From Octopus vulgaris (Eukaryota): 64,000 nucleotides of DNA. This document shows positions 41,784 through 55,099 of this stretch, one piece after another (position 1 is the first letter of the stretch; each line of letters opens with the position of its first letter). Where the stretch lies: the NCBI GenBank assembly GCA_951406725.2, contig OX597821.1, forward strand, positions 104,222,001 through 104,286,000. The letters are read 5' to 3'. Made by a program: the position numbers and the translations under genes. The notes beneath the pieces are model-generated. The model had not been told where the DNA came from and did no database searches. It was given only the letters and a program-made list of their open reading frames with translations.

Positions 41784-41835
41784 TAATAATAATAATAATA
41801 ATAATAACAATAATAATAATAATAACAACAACAAT

Positions 41836-41980
41836 ATCGAAAAATACCTTAGGATTAAGAACCCAGTTTCGGAATTTTCCCAAGACAGCTGATGAAGCCT
41901 GGAGGGTATATTAAGCGAAACGTTGTATTAACAAGTAACAAGATGAGGACAAATATCGTCAAATGTAAATAATGTAAATA
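41836..41980 (+). mobile_element. Short repeat with degenerate type I minimal hammerhead core (Penelope-type terminal repeat)
   Basis: GACAG-CTGATGA-AGCCTGGAGGGTATATTAAGC-GAAA-CGTT-GTATT at 41884-41929. Confidence 0.5.
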
Positions 41981-42039
41981 GTGAAACTGTTATATGACAT
42001 TTTTTCACTTCTGACACGTAATACTGAAGAGCGTATACA

Positions 42040-42221
42040 TTAAGTGATTGCACCGGGCTCGCATTAGGCAACACGATGAAAATTGGCCCATCACACACCA
42101 TGGACCCTAATCATGTTATGTGTAAAATTTGAATGAAATTGATCTGGTTGTTCTGGCGTTTTAGTGATGGACGCATACAGACTGATAGGCAGATATACAT
42201 TCTCAAATTTATATGTATAGA
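42040..42221 (-). mobile_element. Short non-autonomous Helitron-like element
   Basis: Minus strand starts A|TCTATACATATAAA...GTCTGTATGCGTCC...CAATTTCATTCAAATTTTACACATA, the same organisation as the 5' end at 6606. The 3' terminus is decayed. Confidence 0.45.
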
Positions 42222-42774
42222 TGACATCGACGTGTTAACTCATGCTATAAAACGGTCAAGTATATATCTGTTAAAAGACAAAAGTAATATTTGTTTACAA
42301 AATTTTCTCGGAATCACAATTGTACTTGTTATGACATCAACACGGCACACTCTGCTGAAAATGTTGCTTATATATTTGAATGGAGATGCAGATATTAAAT
42401 TTCGACATATACTGTATAATACAAGGCTTTCGGATTCTGGGATAATAAAGAAAAATAGTTCAGCAATGAAAAATTAACTATAAATGTTTGGTGATATCTG
42501 TACGTTTTTGTGTGACGATATCACAAACTTGGGCATAAATGACATCCTTTATCAGAGACCGTTAGAATTAATACGTTTGGGGTTGAATAACTTTATGTTT
42601 ATAAATATCTGTTATCGTGTTGTTTTGCACATAATCGAAACTTTATTGTAAATATTTTGCAAATGAAGAAGCAGTATTTATTTCACCTTGTTTTAAACCA
42701 TCGCTAATTAAAAATTGGTGTGAGTATATTTTAGCAATTACCATAAGCACTCACTTAATACAGTAAATATAGAT

Positions 42775-43620
42775 GTCATTTGTATATTCTTCAAGACTGC
42801 CAAACCTTCTCACAATTACCAACAAGGCATCATGATTCACTGAATTAAACACCTTGGTGAAGTCAATGAAGCAACGATAGAGATAACGTCTTTGGTCATT
42901 GAATTCCTCTTGAATTTAACGAGCGGAACATATTGGTTCTTCGAGCATTCAGAAAACTTAATAAAGGCTCTAAATACAGGCTCTAAATAAGCCAAATAAT
43001 AATTGAATAATTGTTCTGCTCAATATTCTTCGTACAATATTGAGGACAGACTTAGGAAATATGATTTCACAAAATTTTGCCTTTTACAACTCGTTCAGCA
43101 ACGTATCTCCTTTCTTCTATTCTTAGTTCCTTTGTCATTTCCCCCTCACCTTTTAAATGAGATTGCGTAGAAGATTTGTACCATAGTTGAATTTCCCACA
43201 CTTTGAGTGTTTCTTATACAATACCATAAATGTCGGAAAATTTTTCCATTTTTAAGTTTGTGCAAAGCAATTCTTACTTCAAGAACATTTAATGGATTAT
43301 CAAAAAGTGTCTTACTAAAATTTCTTAAAACGTCCCAAGTATGTGTGAAGACATGATGAGTAATTTTGGCAGATCATAAAAGTGGTTTTGCCATCGTTGA
43401 AGGAATTTATCTGAAACCTTATTTCCTGAATTTCCTCGGAATGTGTTTTATACCAAACTACGAAATTACGTCTTGCACACTATGACTGTCGTTTGCATTA
43501 TTTAACGGAATTGGTATCTCCCAATGTTTGTAGTAGTTTCTCGAAGGCTATCGTTTTTCGTGCATTCTCCCAGAATGTCTTACCCAGAGAGTGATACATT
43601 ATGCGTCAGCCAATTTAATG
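42775..43620 (-). mobile_element. Decayed RTE-like LINE RT fragment
   Basis: Manual minus-strand translation: LEVRIALHKLKNGK near 43245-43290 and DQRRYLYRCFIDFTKVFNSVNHDALLVIVRRFG near 42800-42900. Confidence 0.6.
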
Positions 43621-44546
43621 GCAGGTGAGTAAAATTAAATGATCGATTAAAAAGCTTGTCAGGGTATCAATGAAATGGAAAATAACGATTTCAAATTTAG
43701 GCACAACGCCAGCAATTTCGGCGGATGAATCGAGAACATCAACATGAGTTGATGTGTAAAAATGGCCGCGATGGAATTTCGAATCAGAACGTAAAATAGA
43801 AATGGAAAATAATAGATGCACGTGTAGCCGTGCAGTTAAGGAGATTGCTTTGCAAACTAAGTCTGTAGAAATAGGAGAAATATTTTTGACACTTCATAAT
43901 AGACAGTTCCAACAGAAATAAACGAAAAGTGAATTTAACTGATTATATGCACCCTTAATACCTTAAAATTCTAATTCCCCGATTATAATTGCTTTTCATA
44001 AAATGTTTTACTATTTCTGAATAATTAATGCAAGCGAATTAACTCATAAATACATTACAGCAGGAATATAAAATGATAAAAAGAAAATCCAGCTTTATCA
44101 TGATTAAAAATATGTTAGCACTCATGACGTCACAGATGCATCGAATAAACATTGATATCGAAAATACATTGGATGTTTCAATACTTTAGGATCCCACCTG
44201 ATTCAAAACAAATAATTATTGTAAATAGAATTTATCGAATAATCTAATGGATATAAATCAAAACTAATATTTGAAGAAAGATCAATAGACAAGCAATATA
44301 TATTTGGAAACAAAACATGATCGATTTTACTCGTATTTAAAACTTGTTTATTCCCCTGCAGGTGATCGACCATAACCTCTGTCAATAATTAGCTTCTAAT
44401 AGGAATGATGATTTCAGTATTACAAAAAAGCATTTCGTATGTAGTTCAAGTTAAAGATTAACTACAACGGTGACGAATCAACATAATTATCAATATGAAA
44501 AGGATGCTATGTCACAATCATTACTACATTACTAGAACAGTATTAA

Positions 44547-44735
44547 AGGCGGTGAACTGGTAGAGTCCTTAAAGGAGGTTTTGTCCGTCCTCTGAGTTTA
44601 AATTCCATGAAAGTTGACTTTGCTTTTCGTCTTTTCGATGTGGATAAATGAAATACCAGTGGAATACTGGAGTCGATGTAATCGAGTTAGACACTCCTCT
44701 TTAATTGCTGGACTTGTGCCAAAATTTGAAACCAA
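44547..44735 (+). mobile_element. Old SINE family A copy
   Basis: AGGCGGTGAACTGGTAGAGTC...GAGTTTAAATTCC...GTTGACTTTGCTTTTCGTC. Confidence 0.7.
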
Positions 44736-44837
44736 TACTGCTGTTTAATTATGACTACGTTATTAATATGCTTCTGATCACTACATACAACATATTTATA
44801 TAACTCTTATTTTATTATTATTATCGTCTCTTTGTAA

Positions 44838-45336
44838 CAGCTCAGCTACTGGGAAAGGTTGAAACAGCTAAAACTCTACTCCCTGGAAAGAAGACGGCAG
44901 AGATATGCAGTAATATATATCTGGAAGATCCTGGAAGGAATTGCGCCAAATTTTGGCATTGAATGCTACAGTAATGTCAGAACGGGACGACACTGCATAG
45001 TGCCAAAGATCCCAGCAACGCCATCGCGCTTCAGGAGCGGATACTGTAACAGCCTAGGTTTCAGGGGCCCACAGCTTTTTAATATTCTCCAAAAGAGTCT
45101 GAGGAACCTGCACAAAGTAGATGTAGGGATCTTAAATCAAAGCTGGACATCTTACAGTCGAGAGTCCCAGCTGAACCTACCTCACGGCAAGAGGTGCAAA
45201 TGAGGGTAGCTATATCAAACTCCATTCTTCACCAAATGCCACATATTAGAGGAGGCCCATAGTAATAAAAGTGTAACAAAATGGTGGTGCATCAGCATGG
45301 CCGCAGCTCTGAGCTGAAACTAGAGAGAGAAAAAAA
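44838..45336 (+). mobile_element. CR1-group LINE 3' fragment (end of ORF2 and 3' UTR)
   Basis: LSYWERLKQLKLYSLERRRQRYAVIYIWKILEG...GPQLFNIL is typical of the post-RT region of CR1-group LINEs; 3' stem-loop and A-rich end. Confidence 0.75.
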
Positions 45337-45351
45337 TACTATATCACTAAC

Positions 45352-45565
45352 GCAGCCAGTTGGCAGATTCATTAACACGCCGAGAAAAATTCTCAGCGGT
45401 GTTTAGACCGGCTTTATGTTCTCAGATCAAATTCCGCGGAGATCAACTTCGCCTTTCATCCTTCAGTGGACGATGACATATGTACCAGTGCAGCATTGGC
45501 GTCGACGTAATTGACTTACCCGCTTCCCTAAATTGTTGGCCTTGTGCCTTTAGTAGAAAAGATTA
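45352..45565 (+). mobile_element. Old SINE family A copy
   Basis: TTGGCAGATTCATTAACACGCCG...CAAATTCCGCGGAGATCAACTTCGCCTTTCATCC. Confidence 0.7.
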
Positions 45566-46455
45566 TAACTAGCCTTCTATGTCATTTATCATTATGATTA
45601 TTAATAAACGCAGAGATGTTGTCGTGTATGGTACAGAGTTTTACTGAACGTTAATCCTCCTTCTCTGTTATCTTGTGAATATTTGGTATCTTGTTTTCGG
45701 CTGTCACTTTAATCTTTCACTCTCCATCTCGCCGTTACCAATAACATTTCAAAGATGTAAGATTAGTTATATTGTCTAAGAATGGTGCAATGTAATGAAT
45801 GCTCAATGGACGTTTTGTTTTTCTCATAGGTTTTGCATCAAATTGCGTGTATTTACTGCTGGTGGCTCCTCTATAATATTATCTTTCTGTCCATTCTATT
45901 TCGTCCTTCCGCTACAGAATCTCAACACAATGCAACTGCATCATTGGTCGTGAATTCCCTGTAACGTCGCCTTGCATTTCTTAAAGACAATATCAATTGT
46001 ATGTATCTCACCATTTCCCGATTAGCTGTGCATGCATTGTTCACAACCGCTTCTTATCAACTTGATCAACAATATAGCAACGAGATCTCCTCAAAATCAT
46101 TTCCCTATTAAAGAAGTATTTCACGTTGTATAAATAATCTTCTTATATACACAGATGTCATGAAAAAAAAAGTAACTGTGATCACGAGTGAAATCATTCT
46201 GATCGCATGGATGTTTAATCAGGCCTCCCTGTTTGTCAAACAATGAAAATATTAAAGGCAAACAGACATATTTAGGAATATGCACGTTACATATATCCCA
46301 CTCTTAGGCCGATACTTCATAAATATTTTCATGATTCATGTGCAACAATACATTACATTGCTTACACTATACATATTCAATGAAGTGAAGTTTCTAAGTT
46401 TTCAGCAAAACTTATTTTGTTAAAAAACATTTCCTTTTAATTGTGCTTTTCAGTT

Positions 46456-46968
46456 TAGGTGTTACGATTGACTGCACGGATCCATACGGATCCATCCTTG
46501 ATTGACCTCCGACGATCATCATGCACAAACTGATGAATTGCCTCCATAAACCCTGGGATTACGTTCGCGTGATGTATTTCAGAATGTCGTCGTGTTCTAG
46601 GGACGTTCTTCCGCTTTTGAAGCACCCGCGCCACTCGAAACATTACGAACGACCTAGTGTCTCATCATCACAAGGTTGCCAAAGCATGTAAAATATCTCT
46701 GTAACTAACCTCCCAAGTTTGATGCAGAATTTCACGTTGGTACTTTCTTCCAGTTTTCGGTCCATGACAAAATCACAGACTACAACATGCACGTGATCAC
46801 AAAAACACAAATTTCACAACTTGCGATGTAAACACAACTTGCGATGTAAACACAGGAACACTACTTCATGAAGGTCACTACCAGCTGTTATAGAGCAGGC
46901 AATCCTGTGCTGCCACGTGTTGGTGAACTACATAACTAGTCCGGGAGTGTTTTGATACCACCTCATAT
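46456..46968 (-). mobile_element. Mariner-family transposon 5' remnant
   Basis: Minus strand TA|TGAGGTGGTATCAAAACACTCCCGGACT (TIR-like), NVKFCIKLGR, CFEWRGCFKSGRTSLEHDD and IHQFVHDDRR: the mariner N-terminal HTH region. Confidence 0.75.
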
Positions 46969-47499
46969 AATCAAAGCTTTCTAATGTTAATCATTTTATT
47001 TTACATCTTAAAATGTATCTAGTGCATGAGATTATATTCTCGAATATGACATTTTTCAACAGATGAAATGTAATTTCAACTTACTTCTATATTAAGCCCA
47101 CCCCAACTCGACTGTTGCTCTCGAAACCTAACTTTATACTCAGAAAATACTGATATCGGTGATGTTGTTTAGTCATATTTGATGTTTTCTTTTTACTTTG
47201 TCTATACAGATCACAATTCAGAATAACAAAAGACTACTTTTATTTTCACAATAATCAACTTAGTTCCAAAATAGAAGCAGATTTGGGCTATTAGATGCTG
47301 TATAGTTCACCGCTGTAAACAGCAGGATCAAAATATAAACTGCAATATATAGGAATGCATTTAGAAACCTCGCGACGTTTCTGTGCAATGAAACACGAAT
47401 AAACGAAATAAAGAACTGCACTAAACAACGGAAAAAGAAAGACGAACGAAAATATCTGTTTCGCCATTACGTAGCGATTTTTGAGGTTACGTAAGATGT

Positions 47500-47556
47500 G
47501 TGTATACATACATACATACATGCATGCATACATACATACATACATACATACATACA

Positions 47557-47619
<63 letters not shown>

Positions 47620-47737
47620 TCATGCATATATATAGTTAGAGGGAGAGAAATAGAGAGATAGATAGAAAACTATAGATAGATACAATTATGTATTCCTATT
47701 CATGAATATACATACACACACATAAATGCATAGATAG

Positions 47738-47810
<73 letters not shown>

Positions 47811-48044
47811 CATATATATATATATATATATATCTTTATATATACACACATAATATGTGTAATATATAATTATGCATATGCATATAATGAATATGATATA
47901 TAATATCTGAATATGCATTTAATGTATGCATCTGTTTATAAACTTGCACACACATATATACATATATATGTATATATACATATATATATATATTCATATG
48001 TATATATATATACAGATATATTTGTATAAATATACATATACGAA

Positions 48045-48086
<42 letters not shown>

Positions 48087-48180
48087 GTATATATATATGT
48101 ATATATATATATGTATATATATATACATATATATATATATATGTGTGTGTGTGTATTTATACATACATATATCTATATAT
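47500..48180. repeat. (CATA)n/(TA)n microsatellite field
   Basis: Direct reading. Confidence 0.9.
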
Positions 48181-48719
48181 CTGCACCAGCTGTCAGGTAA
48201 ATAAGAGAGATAAGAGAAGACCTGTACGGTAACCGTCTTTCGGTTAATCAACTTAACTATAGCAAAGCTAAACTGTAAAGTTATGTTGCAACTGACAGAT
48301 ATTCGATTAGCTTAGAGTTGTGAAGTAAACTCCTGTCACGAGTATGTGTCTATACCTGGAAACCATTTCCAATGAACGATTCTTGAAATCAGTATAAGAA
48401 AACGTCTTCAATGTTCTTCAGAATGACACGTGCGTGTCATGGAATAATATTAACTTCTTGAGATCGTTTCTTGAAGAGATGAATAACGTTCTCAAACAAA
48501 TGGATTTTAAGACCAGCTGTTGCTGCTACGGCAACATGCTGATGGTTTATGCGTTTTTGATTCATTTCCAATATTTTAAAATATGTGGTGCATTTGCCGA
48601 GTTGTTAGAAAGAATAAATTATATATTTCATGTGTCCCGTTGGTGTCTCACCGAAAGCATCTTTGGCGTGGGGGACAAACTAAGACAAAAACACTCGATT
48701 TTTTAGCACACTCACACAG

Positions 48720-48764
<45 letters not shown>

Positions 48765-48787
48765 TATATATATATATTTATATATAA

Positions 48788-48855
<68 letters not shown>

Positions 48856-48905
48856 ATGTATGTATATATGTATATATATATATATATATTTATGTATATA
48901 CATAT

Positions 48906-49210
48906 CACCGTGATCACCGTGACCGACCAGGTTATCAGATGTTGCTACACATCGTTGGTCACAATGCGCTTCGCATTGTTTTAGCCTTCAAATGACGCCA
49001 CACTCCTGGCTAAGCGAGCGGGCCAACAGAAGAAAGAGTGACAGAAACTTGTGGCGAAAGAGTACAGCGGGGATCGCCCCCCCCCCCTGCCGGAGCCTTT
49101 TGGATCTTTAGGTGTTTTCACTCAATAAACACTCACAACGCTCGATCTGTGAATCGAAACCGCGATCCTACAACCGCGAGTCGGCTGCCCTAACCACTGG
49201 ACTATTGCGC

Positions 49211-49212
<2 letters not shown>
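48906..49212 (-). mobile_element. tRNA-derived SINE (family D)
   Basis: Minus strand AGGCGCAATAGTCCAGTGGTTAGGGCAGCCGACTCGCGG...GGTTTCGATTC (boxes A and B); ends in CACGGTGAT repeats. Confidence 0.8.
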
Positions 49213-49270
<58 letters not shown>

Positions 49271-49934
49271 ACACACACACACATACACACACAGATATAT
49301 ATATATATAAAACGATGGCTTACCATACTGCTTTCGTCTAATGAACTTAGTCACAGGTCTTGATTAGCTTGGTGTTAAAGTGAAAGACAGCAAGACTGAT
49401 CAACGAGGCTCACCTCAAAACCAGGTGATTGTAAACTGGGCTTCTTATCCCAACAGCTATGCCTGCGTGTGTTGATTATAAGAGCTATATATAATCCCAG
49501 GTAATCTTTGGTCAAACTGTCTGAACTCGAAAACAATGTCTTCTTGGATTGAACAGCAACAACAGCAATATCACCAAAATCATCAACCCCTCCTCAATGT
49601 CGCTAATACTCACAGTCATACACTAACCAAACGATAACAACAATACCAAAGGCAATAACTATAAATCATCGGTGTAAGCAGCAGCAGCAGCTTTTCGCTC
49701 CAACAAATACACAATCCGTTGTTGCGTGGCTAAATAGAAACGTAGCAGGAATTTCGCAGTCGACGACGGAAATACTGGAACCCAACTGCTTTCGTTTTAC
49801 AGAAACCAGTATAAGGTTTCTTGAAGGATAGCAAGAATGGTTAGAATTTAGAATCAAATATTTGTTTCCAGCCTAGAACTCAACTAAGTTCGTATAATCA
49901 AATGCTAAATATTTACATTATTAATATAATGCCT

Positions 49935-50390
49935 AAGGCGACGATCTGACTGCAGTGTTATCACGCCATCCACAAAGCTAAGCGGTATTTCGTTTGGAGT
50001 TCAAAGGAGGCGTGCTGGCAGAAACGTTTGCACGCCGGGCCAAATGCGTAGCCGTATTTCGTCTGCCGTTACGTTCTGAGTTCAAATTCCGCCAAGGTCG
50101 ACTTTGCCTTTCATCCTTTCGGGGTCGATAAATTAAGTATCATTTACGCACTGGGGTCGATGTAATCGACTTAATCCGTTTGCCTGTCTTTGTTTGTCCT
50201 ATCTGTGTTTAGCCCCTTGTGGGTAGTAAAGAAAGGGGTATTTCATTTGGAGTTCAAATTCCGCCGAAGTCGCCATTACATTTCATCCTCTCGGGGTCGA
50301 TGAAATAAGTACCAGTTTATGACTAACATCAATGGTTATTGACTTACCCCAATCCCGAAACTGCTATAATTGTGCAAAATTTAAAAACTT
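49935..50390 (+). mobile_element. Young SINE family A (50006-50236) inserted into an older family A SINE with a 22-bp TSD
   Basis: TSD GGTATTTC(G/A)TTTGGAGTTCAAA at 49984-50005 and 50237-50258. Confidence 0.88.
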
Positions 50391-50449
50391 AATGGTTTCA
50401 AACTTTTAAATGTTATAAAGTTTATAACGCTATAATACCTACGCCGAAT

Positions 50450-52440
50450 TCTTTTAACGTATTTGTATTCGAAAATAATTACGTGAAGAAGAGTTCGTTC
50501 GTCAGAAGCATTCACATTGATTATATAAACTACAACACAGCAAGCAAGACAAGTATGTTTTGAATTGTTTTTTTATGTAAAACAATCCTTTTGAAGATGT
50601 TACATTGACGAACTCTCTTTGAACAGAGACCTTCTTTTTCAACAAGCCCTGCATCAATGTTTTTGTACTTATTTAATAACTATCATGCGTGTGTCGTTGC
50701 CGCATAAAGTTTCATTGTGTACTAATATGATCAGCATTGCCTTACAGAAAACTACCAATGGATCTCATGCTAAGACGAACGTCCATGAAAATAACGGAAG
50801 TAAACAGTTTTAAATCAAATGAAAGTTTTTTTTCTTCTCCCAAATATAAACGTTTATCTCAAATACTATGCAAGTTACATCAAGTAAACATGTATGGCTC
50901 TAGAGACTATTGTTGCTTTAAAGTTTAGCACCCTTTACAATTCTTAATTTCACCAGAAGCAGAAGAACTAAATAAAACTATTAGTAAAAGTAAATCACGC
51001 AGAAATTTTCCATTGTGGATTTAATTCATTTATTTAGTTAAAGTTTCCCAGCTGCGATACACTCTTCTGTTTGCTAACCAGTTAGACACGTTAGTTCTCG
51101 AAAATCTCATAAAAGATCTTTGAAAATACCCACGCCGCAGGTATTTTTTCCCTTTCATTATTTTCTGCATCCTCAATTTTTCCAGGTAAAAGTTTCTTCT
51201 TTTGTTTCTTTGTCTTATTTATTTTTAGACCTTTGCAAAGGGTCGGAATTCTTTTGGGAATATTTGTATTCTTGGTTTTTAGATAATTAAATAGTTGTGT
51301 TCTCTGTTAACAATAAATTTTCTAACGCTTTGGGCAATGGAGGTATGAAGACTCTCTAGGTGCTTCTTACAACACTTCGAAAATATTTTCTTTTTCTTTT
51401 TTTCTTTCTCTTTCCTGACATGATTAACATCAGCACAACCGCTGTGAGATTTCTGAGTCTTTATTGTGGTACGCAACATATTCCGTCTTTCTATTCCTTT
51501 ATATCATTTTATGTTTTCTCTTTCCGATGCTATTTTTTCTTTCAAATGTCTAAGTCTTCTTTTGACGATACAAAATATTGTACCTTTATAGTTTTGTTTG
51601 TTCAACTCCTTATAAACTATTTGTTTTCACCGAATATATTATTTTGTTTTTCTCGCCAACCCCTCTCCCAAAAGTCTTTATACTCTTGTTTTCACTTTCC
51701 CCAATTCAATAAGAAATTCTTTAATTTCGTTAAGTTTTGTGTTCGTCTATACATTTATGCTTTTTGCATAGATTTGCTCATTTCTTTGTTGTCGATATTT
51801 TAGACATTTTATTTTGCATTTCATATATTATTGCAGTGTGCTTTATTTTTACGTTAATGTGCGTTTGCTTTCAGACGATTTCTGTTGAGAATCATTTATT
51901 TTTTCATATCGATTCCGGCGTCTTCCGTTATTTCACAGACTATTGTATACAATAGTAATTTATATAGATATATTTATGTTATTCTCTTGTCTTCAACTAC
52001 GTCTCGAATAACATTACCTTCTATTATTAACGTCGTAATATTAATGCTATATGCTGTTTTACCTCGATATAATCTACCTTCAATTGCAACGAAATCTATT
52101 CCCACTTGTTTCAAATCAATTCTTCTCCAATAATTTCTGGAACCTTCCAATCATTTGCACATATGAGAAATTGATTATTTTCAATATTCCTATTAAACTT
52201 GAAGTCATTCCTAGTGACGCCAAATATTTTTCAGTGCACATTGGTTCATCTCTAATGTAATATCATATAGTTGTTTATCAATCTTCAAATGTTTAACAAT
52301 ATATCTTTGTTTATTTGTTTACTCTGAAAATTTGGTTTTACATTTTATGGTTTTGGTGAATTTTCCGACGTCTTATGGTTGGATTAAATTCCGATATGGC
52401 TGTGTGTCTCATTTCAGTTTGTCTTAAATTACATTATGAA
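50450..52440 (-). mobile_element. Highly decayed APE-type LINE (L1/Tx1-like) ORF2 remnant
   Basis: Strong strand purine skew; scattered minus-strand motifs FLICANDW (GDxN-like), PKEFRPF (YRPI-like), *DPL and KLYA. Weak evidence. Confidence 0.4.
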
Positions 52441-52539
52441 AAATATTCATATAATAAATATGATTAATGTAATTATATTATTTATATTATTTTAAATATA
52501 AATGCATATTGATATCACTTATACGTAACCTATATATGC

Positions 52540-52990
<451 letters not shown>

Positions 52991-53511
52991 TCTTTCTCTC
53001 TTAGCATCAAAATGAGTGTAAGTATGTTTCCGTGCGACTAATATATCGGGTCGACGTAAAACGAACGAGAACGTAAACTAAAACTACGTATCGTGAATAG
53101 AAATCTATTTACAAAGCTATCCACCTTGATTTGGCTGCAGAGTCACAGTTCAATAGCCGAAAGAAGAACGCAATGTAGAGAATAGTTGTTAGTGAGCGTG
53201 ACAATTGTAAACAGAATTGTATGTGATAGGCTACCCATAGTCAGTTGGGGACACCAATTGCATGTTAGGTTCGTTTTAAAGTGAATGCCGCGAGACAGAC
53301 CTTTTATTAACTACATATGGAAACCAAGGAAAGATACATCAATAAGGACACACGATACTTGTAGTAACAAAAGCAACAATATTAGCATGACAAAAGAAAT
53401 AATTGAAGCAGAAAGTGTAGCAAAAGAGCATTTTGTTCATGAAATCACTGAGCACTCAAGTTTGTAAACCTGTCCGCGTAATGAAACGGCAAACAATATT
53501 AGATGTAACAA

Positions 53512-53744
53512 AGGCGGCGAGGTGGCAGAACCGTTAGCACGCCGGGCGAAATACGTAGCCGTATTTCGTCTGTCGTTACGTTGTGAGTTCAAATTCCGCC
53601 GAGGTTGACGTTGCGTTTCATCCTTTCGGGGTCGATAACTAAAGTACTAGTTACGCACTGGGGTCGCTTTAATCGACTTAATCCCTTTATCTGTCCTTGT
53701 TTATCCCCTCTCTGTTGAGCCCCTTGTGGTTAGTAAAGAAATAT
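53512..53744 (+). mobile_element. Full-length monomeric SINE family A with 16-bp TSD
   Basis: TSD ATATTAGATGTAACAA at 53496-53511 and 53745-53760; defines the monomer as AGGCGGCGAG...GTAAAGAAATA. Confidence 0.93.
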
Positions 53745-55099
53745 ATATTAGATGTAACAACATTAACAGATAACAACGGTGACAGCACCAGTGAAAACAC
53801 AGCAGAAATATTTCTTTTGTAAGTATTACAAATGTCAATGATTTTTGTAGAGCATGCCCATAAATGTGGGTGACTCCTAATTATTTTCTACATGGAAACG
53901 TTTAGTCAGAAGCAACTGAAGAATTTACACTGATACACGTAATGAAGAATGATTCGCTTAAAAATCTCAAACGTACTAAACAATTAGTCAATGGTGAAAT
54001 GTGTGACTTGGGAACATAGCAAGGTGGTAGAAATAGATTGTAACGAAATATTTGGGTTGGAGTGGACATTCTGAAAGAGGTGAAACCTGAGAGAATAGAC
54101 TAAATAAGCGACCTTAGAGGGTTTCCAAGTGAACAGCGACAGTAGGTAGGAATGAAGTATAGAAGATACTGCGAAAATACAAATCAGCTGTGTTTTATGC
54201 ACCATCCGAAACAAGAGAACATGATAGTTAAAAGACTGTCTCCCCTAATGCCAACACCACAATTTGAACGCTAATATCAAAAGCAGAAACCACATTACAA
54301 ACAGATATAGCAACTAAAACAACAACGTGCAAGTGATTGCAATACTCAATCCATGATTGGAAGCATCAACCATGGCAAAGCAGCAGAACATACTAAAATA
54401 GGGTTATGAGTAAAAACAACACAATGTACACAGCTATCAATGTGCAAGACTCTGCACTTGCCTAATTGGCAAAACGCCACTAATGCAACGAAAAAGCGGG
54501 GAAATGGTAACACACAAGCAAAGAGAATAAGGAAAAATATGAAGAAACGGAGGATATTCTTTTGAGGAACTGTACAGCAATTCCATCCCCATAAGCAGAT
54601 ACTCCTGTCTATCAACATCGTCATCTCTAACAAACCTCCAATACAACATCGCTATCAGAGGCACCACCTTTACAAATAGAAGGAAAGCGTATTTCACACT
54701 GAAAAAAAAGTAAAAGATAAAACCACTTCTGAAGGCGAACAGCAGCAATAAAAAAGCGTAATTAGATAGACAAGTAATGCAGAACTGATGTATTACATAC
54801 ATCATAATGCAATAATCGTTGATAGTAACCACATTGCATTACTTAACAACAATCTAACACAATCAAACTTCAGCACATACAACCCATTTAAATGTACATA
54901 TACATGTACCACAAAAGAAGATACATCACCTAAAATATATACAACACTATCGATAAGGCACTGATTTTGAAAGCATTCACAACCAGTGGAAGGGATGGAA
55001 TACATCCCTCTCCATACAAATAAGGTACGTGTCCCTTTCTTTTTTTCTCCGTTCGTCTAATAGCGTTATTTAGAAGAAATATACGTGCTATCTGTGACC

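Noticed and set aside
48423-48540. Imperfect palindrome ATGACACGTGCGTGTCAT and RFX-like GCTACGGCAAC as a regulatory element
   Set aside because: Short motifs expected by chance; no gene or conservation evidence in the window.
54346-54832. Hydrophobic ORFs as host exons
   Set aside because: No recognisable domain, no ATG or splice context; composition reflects strand skew.
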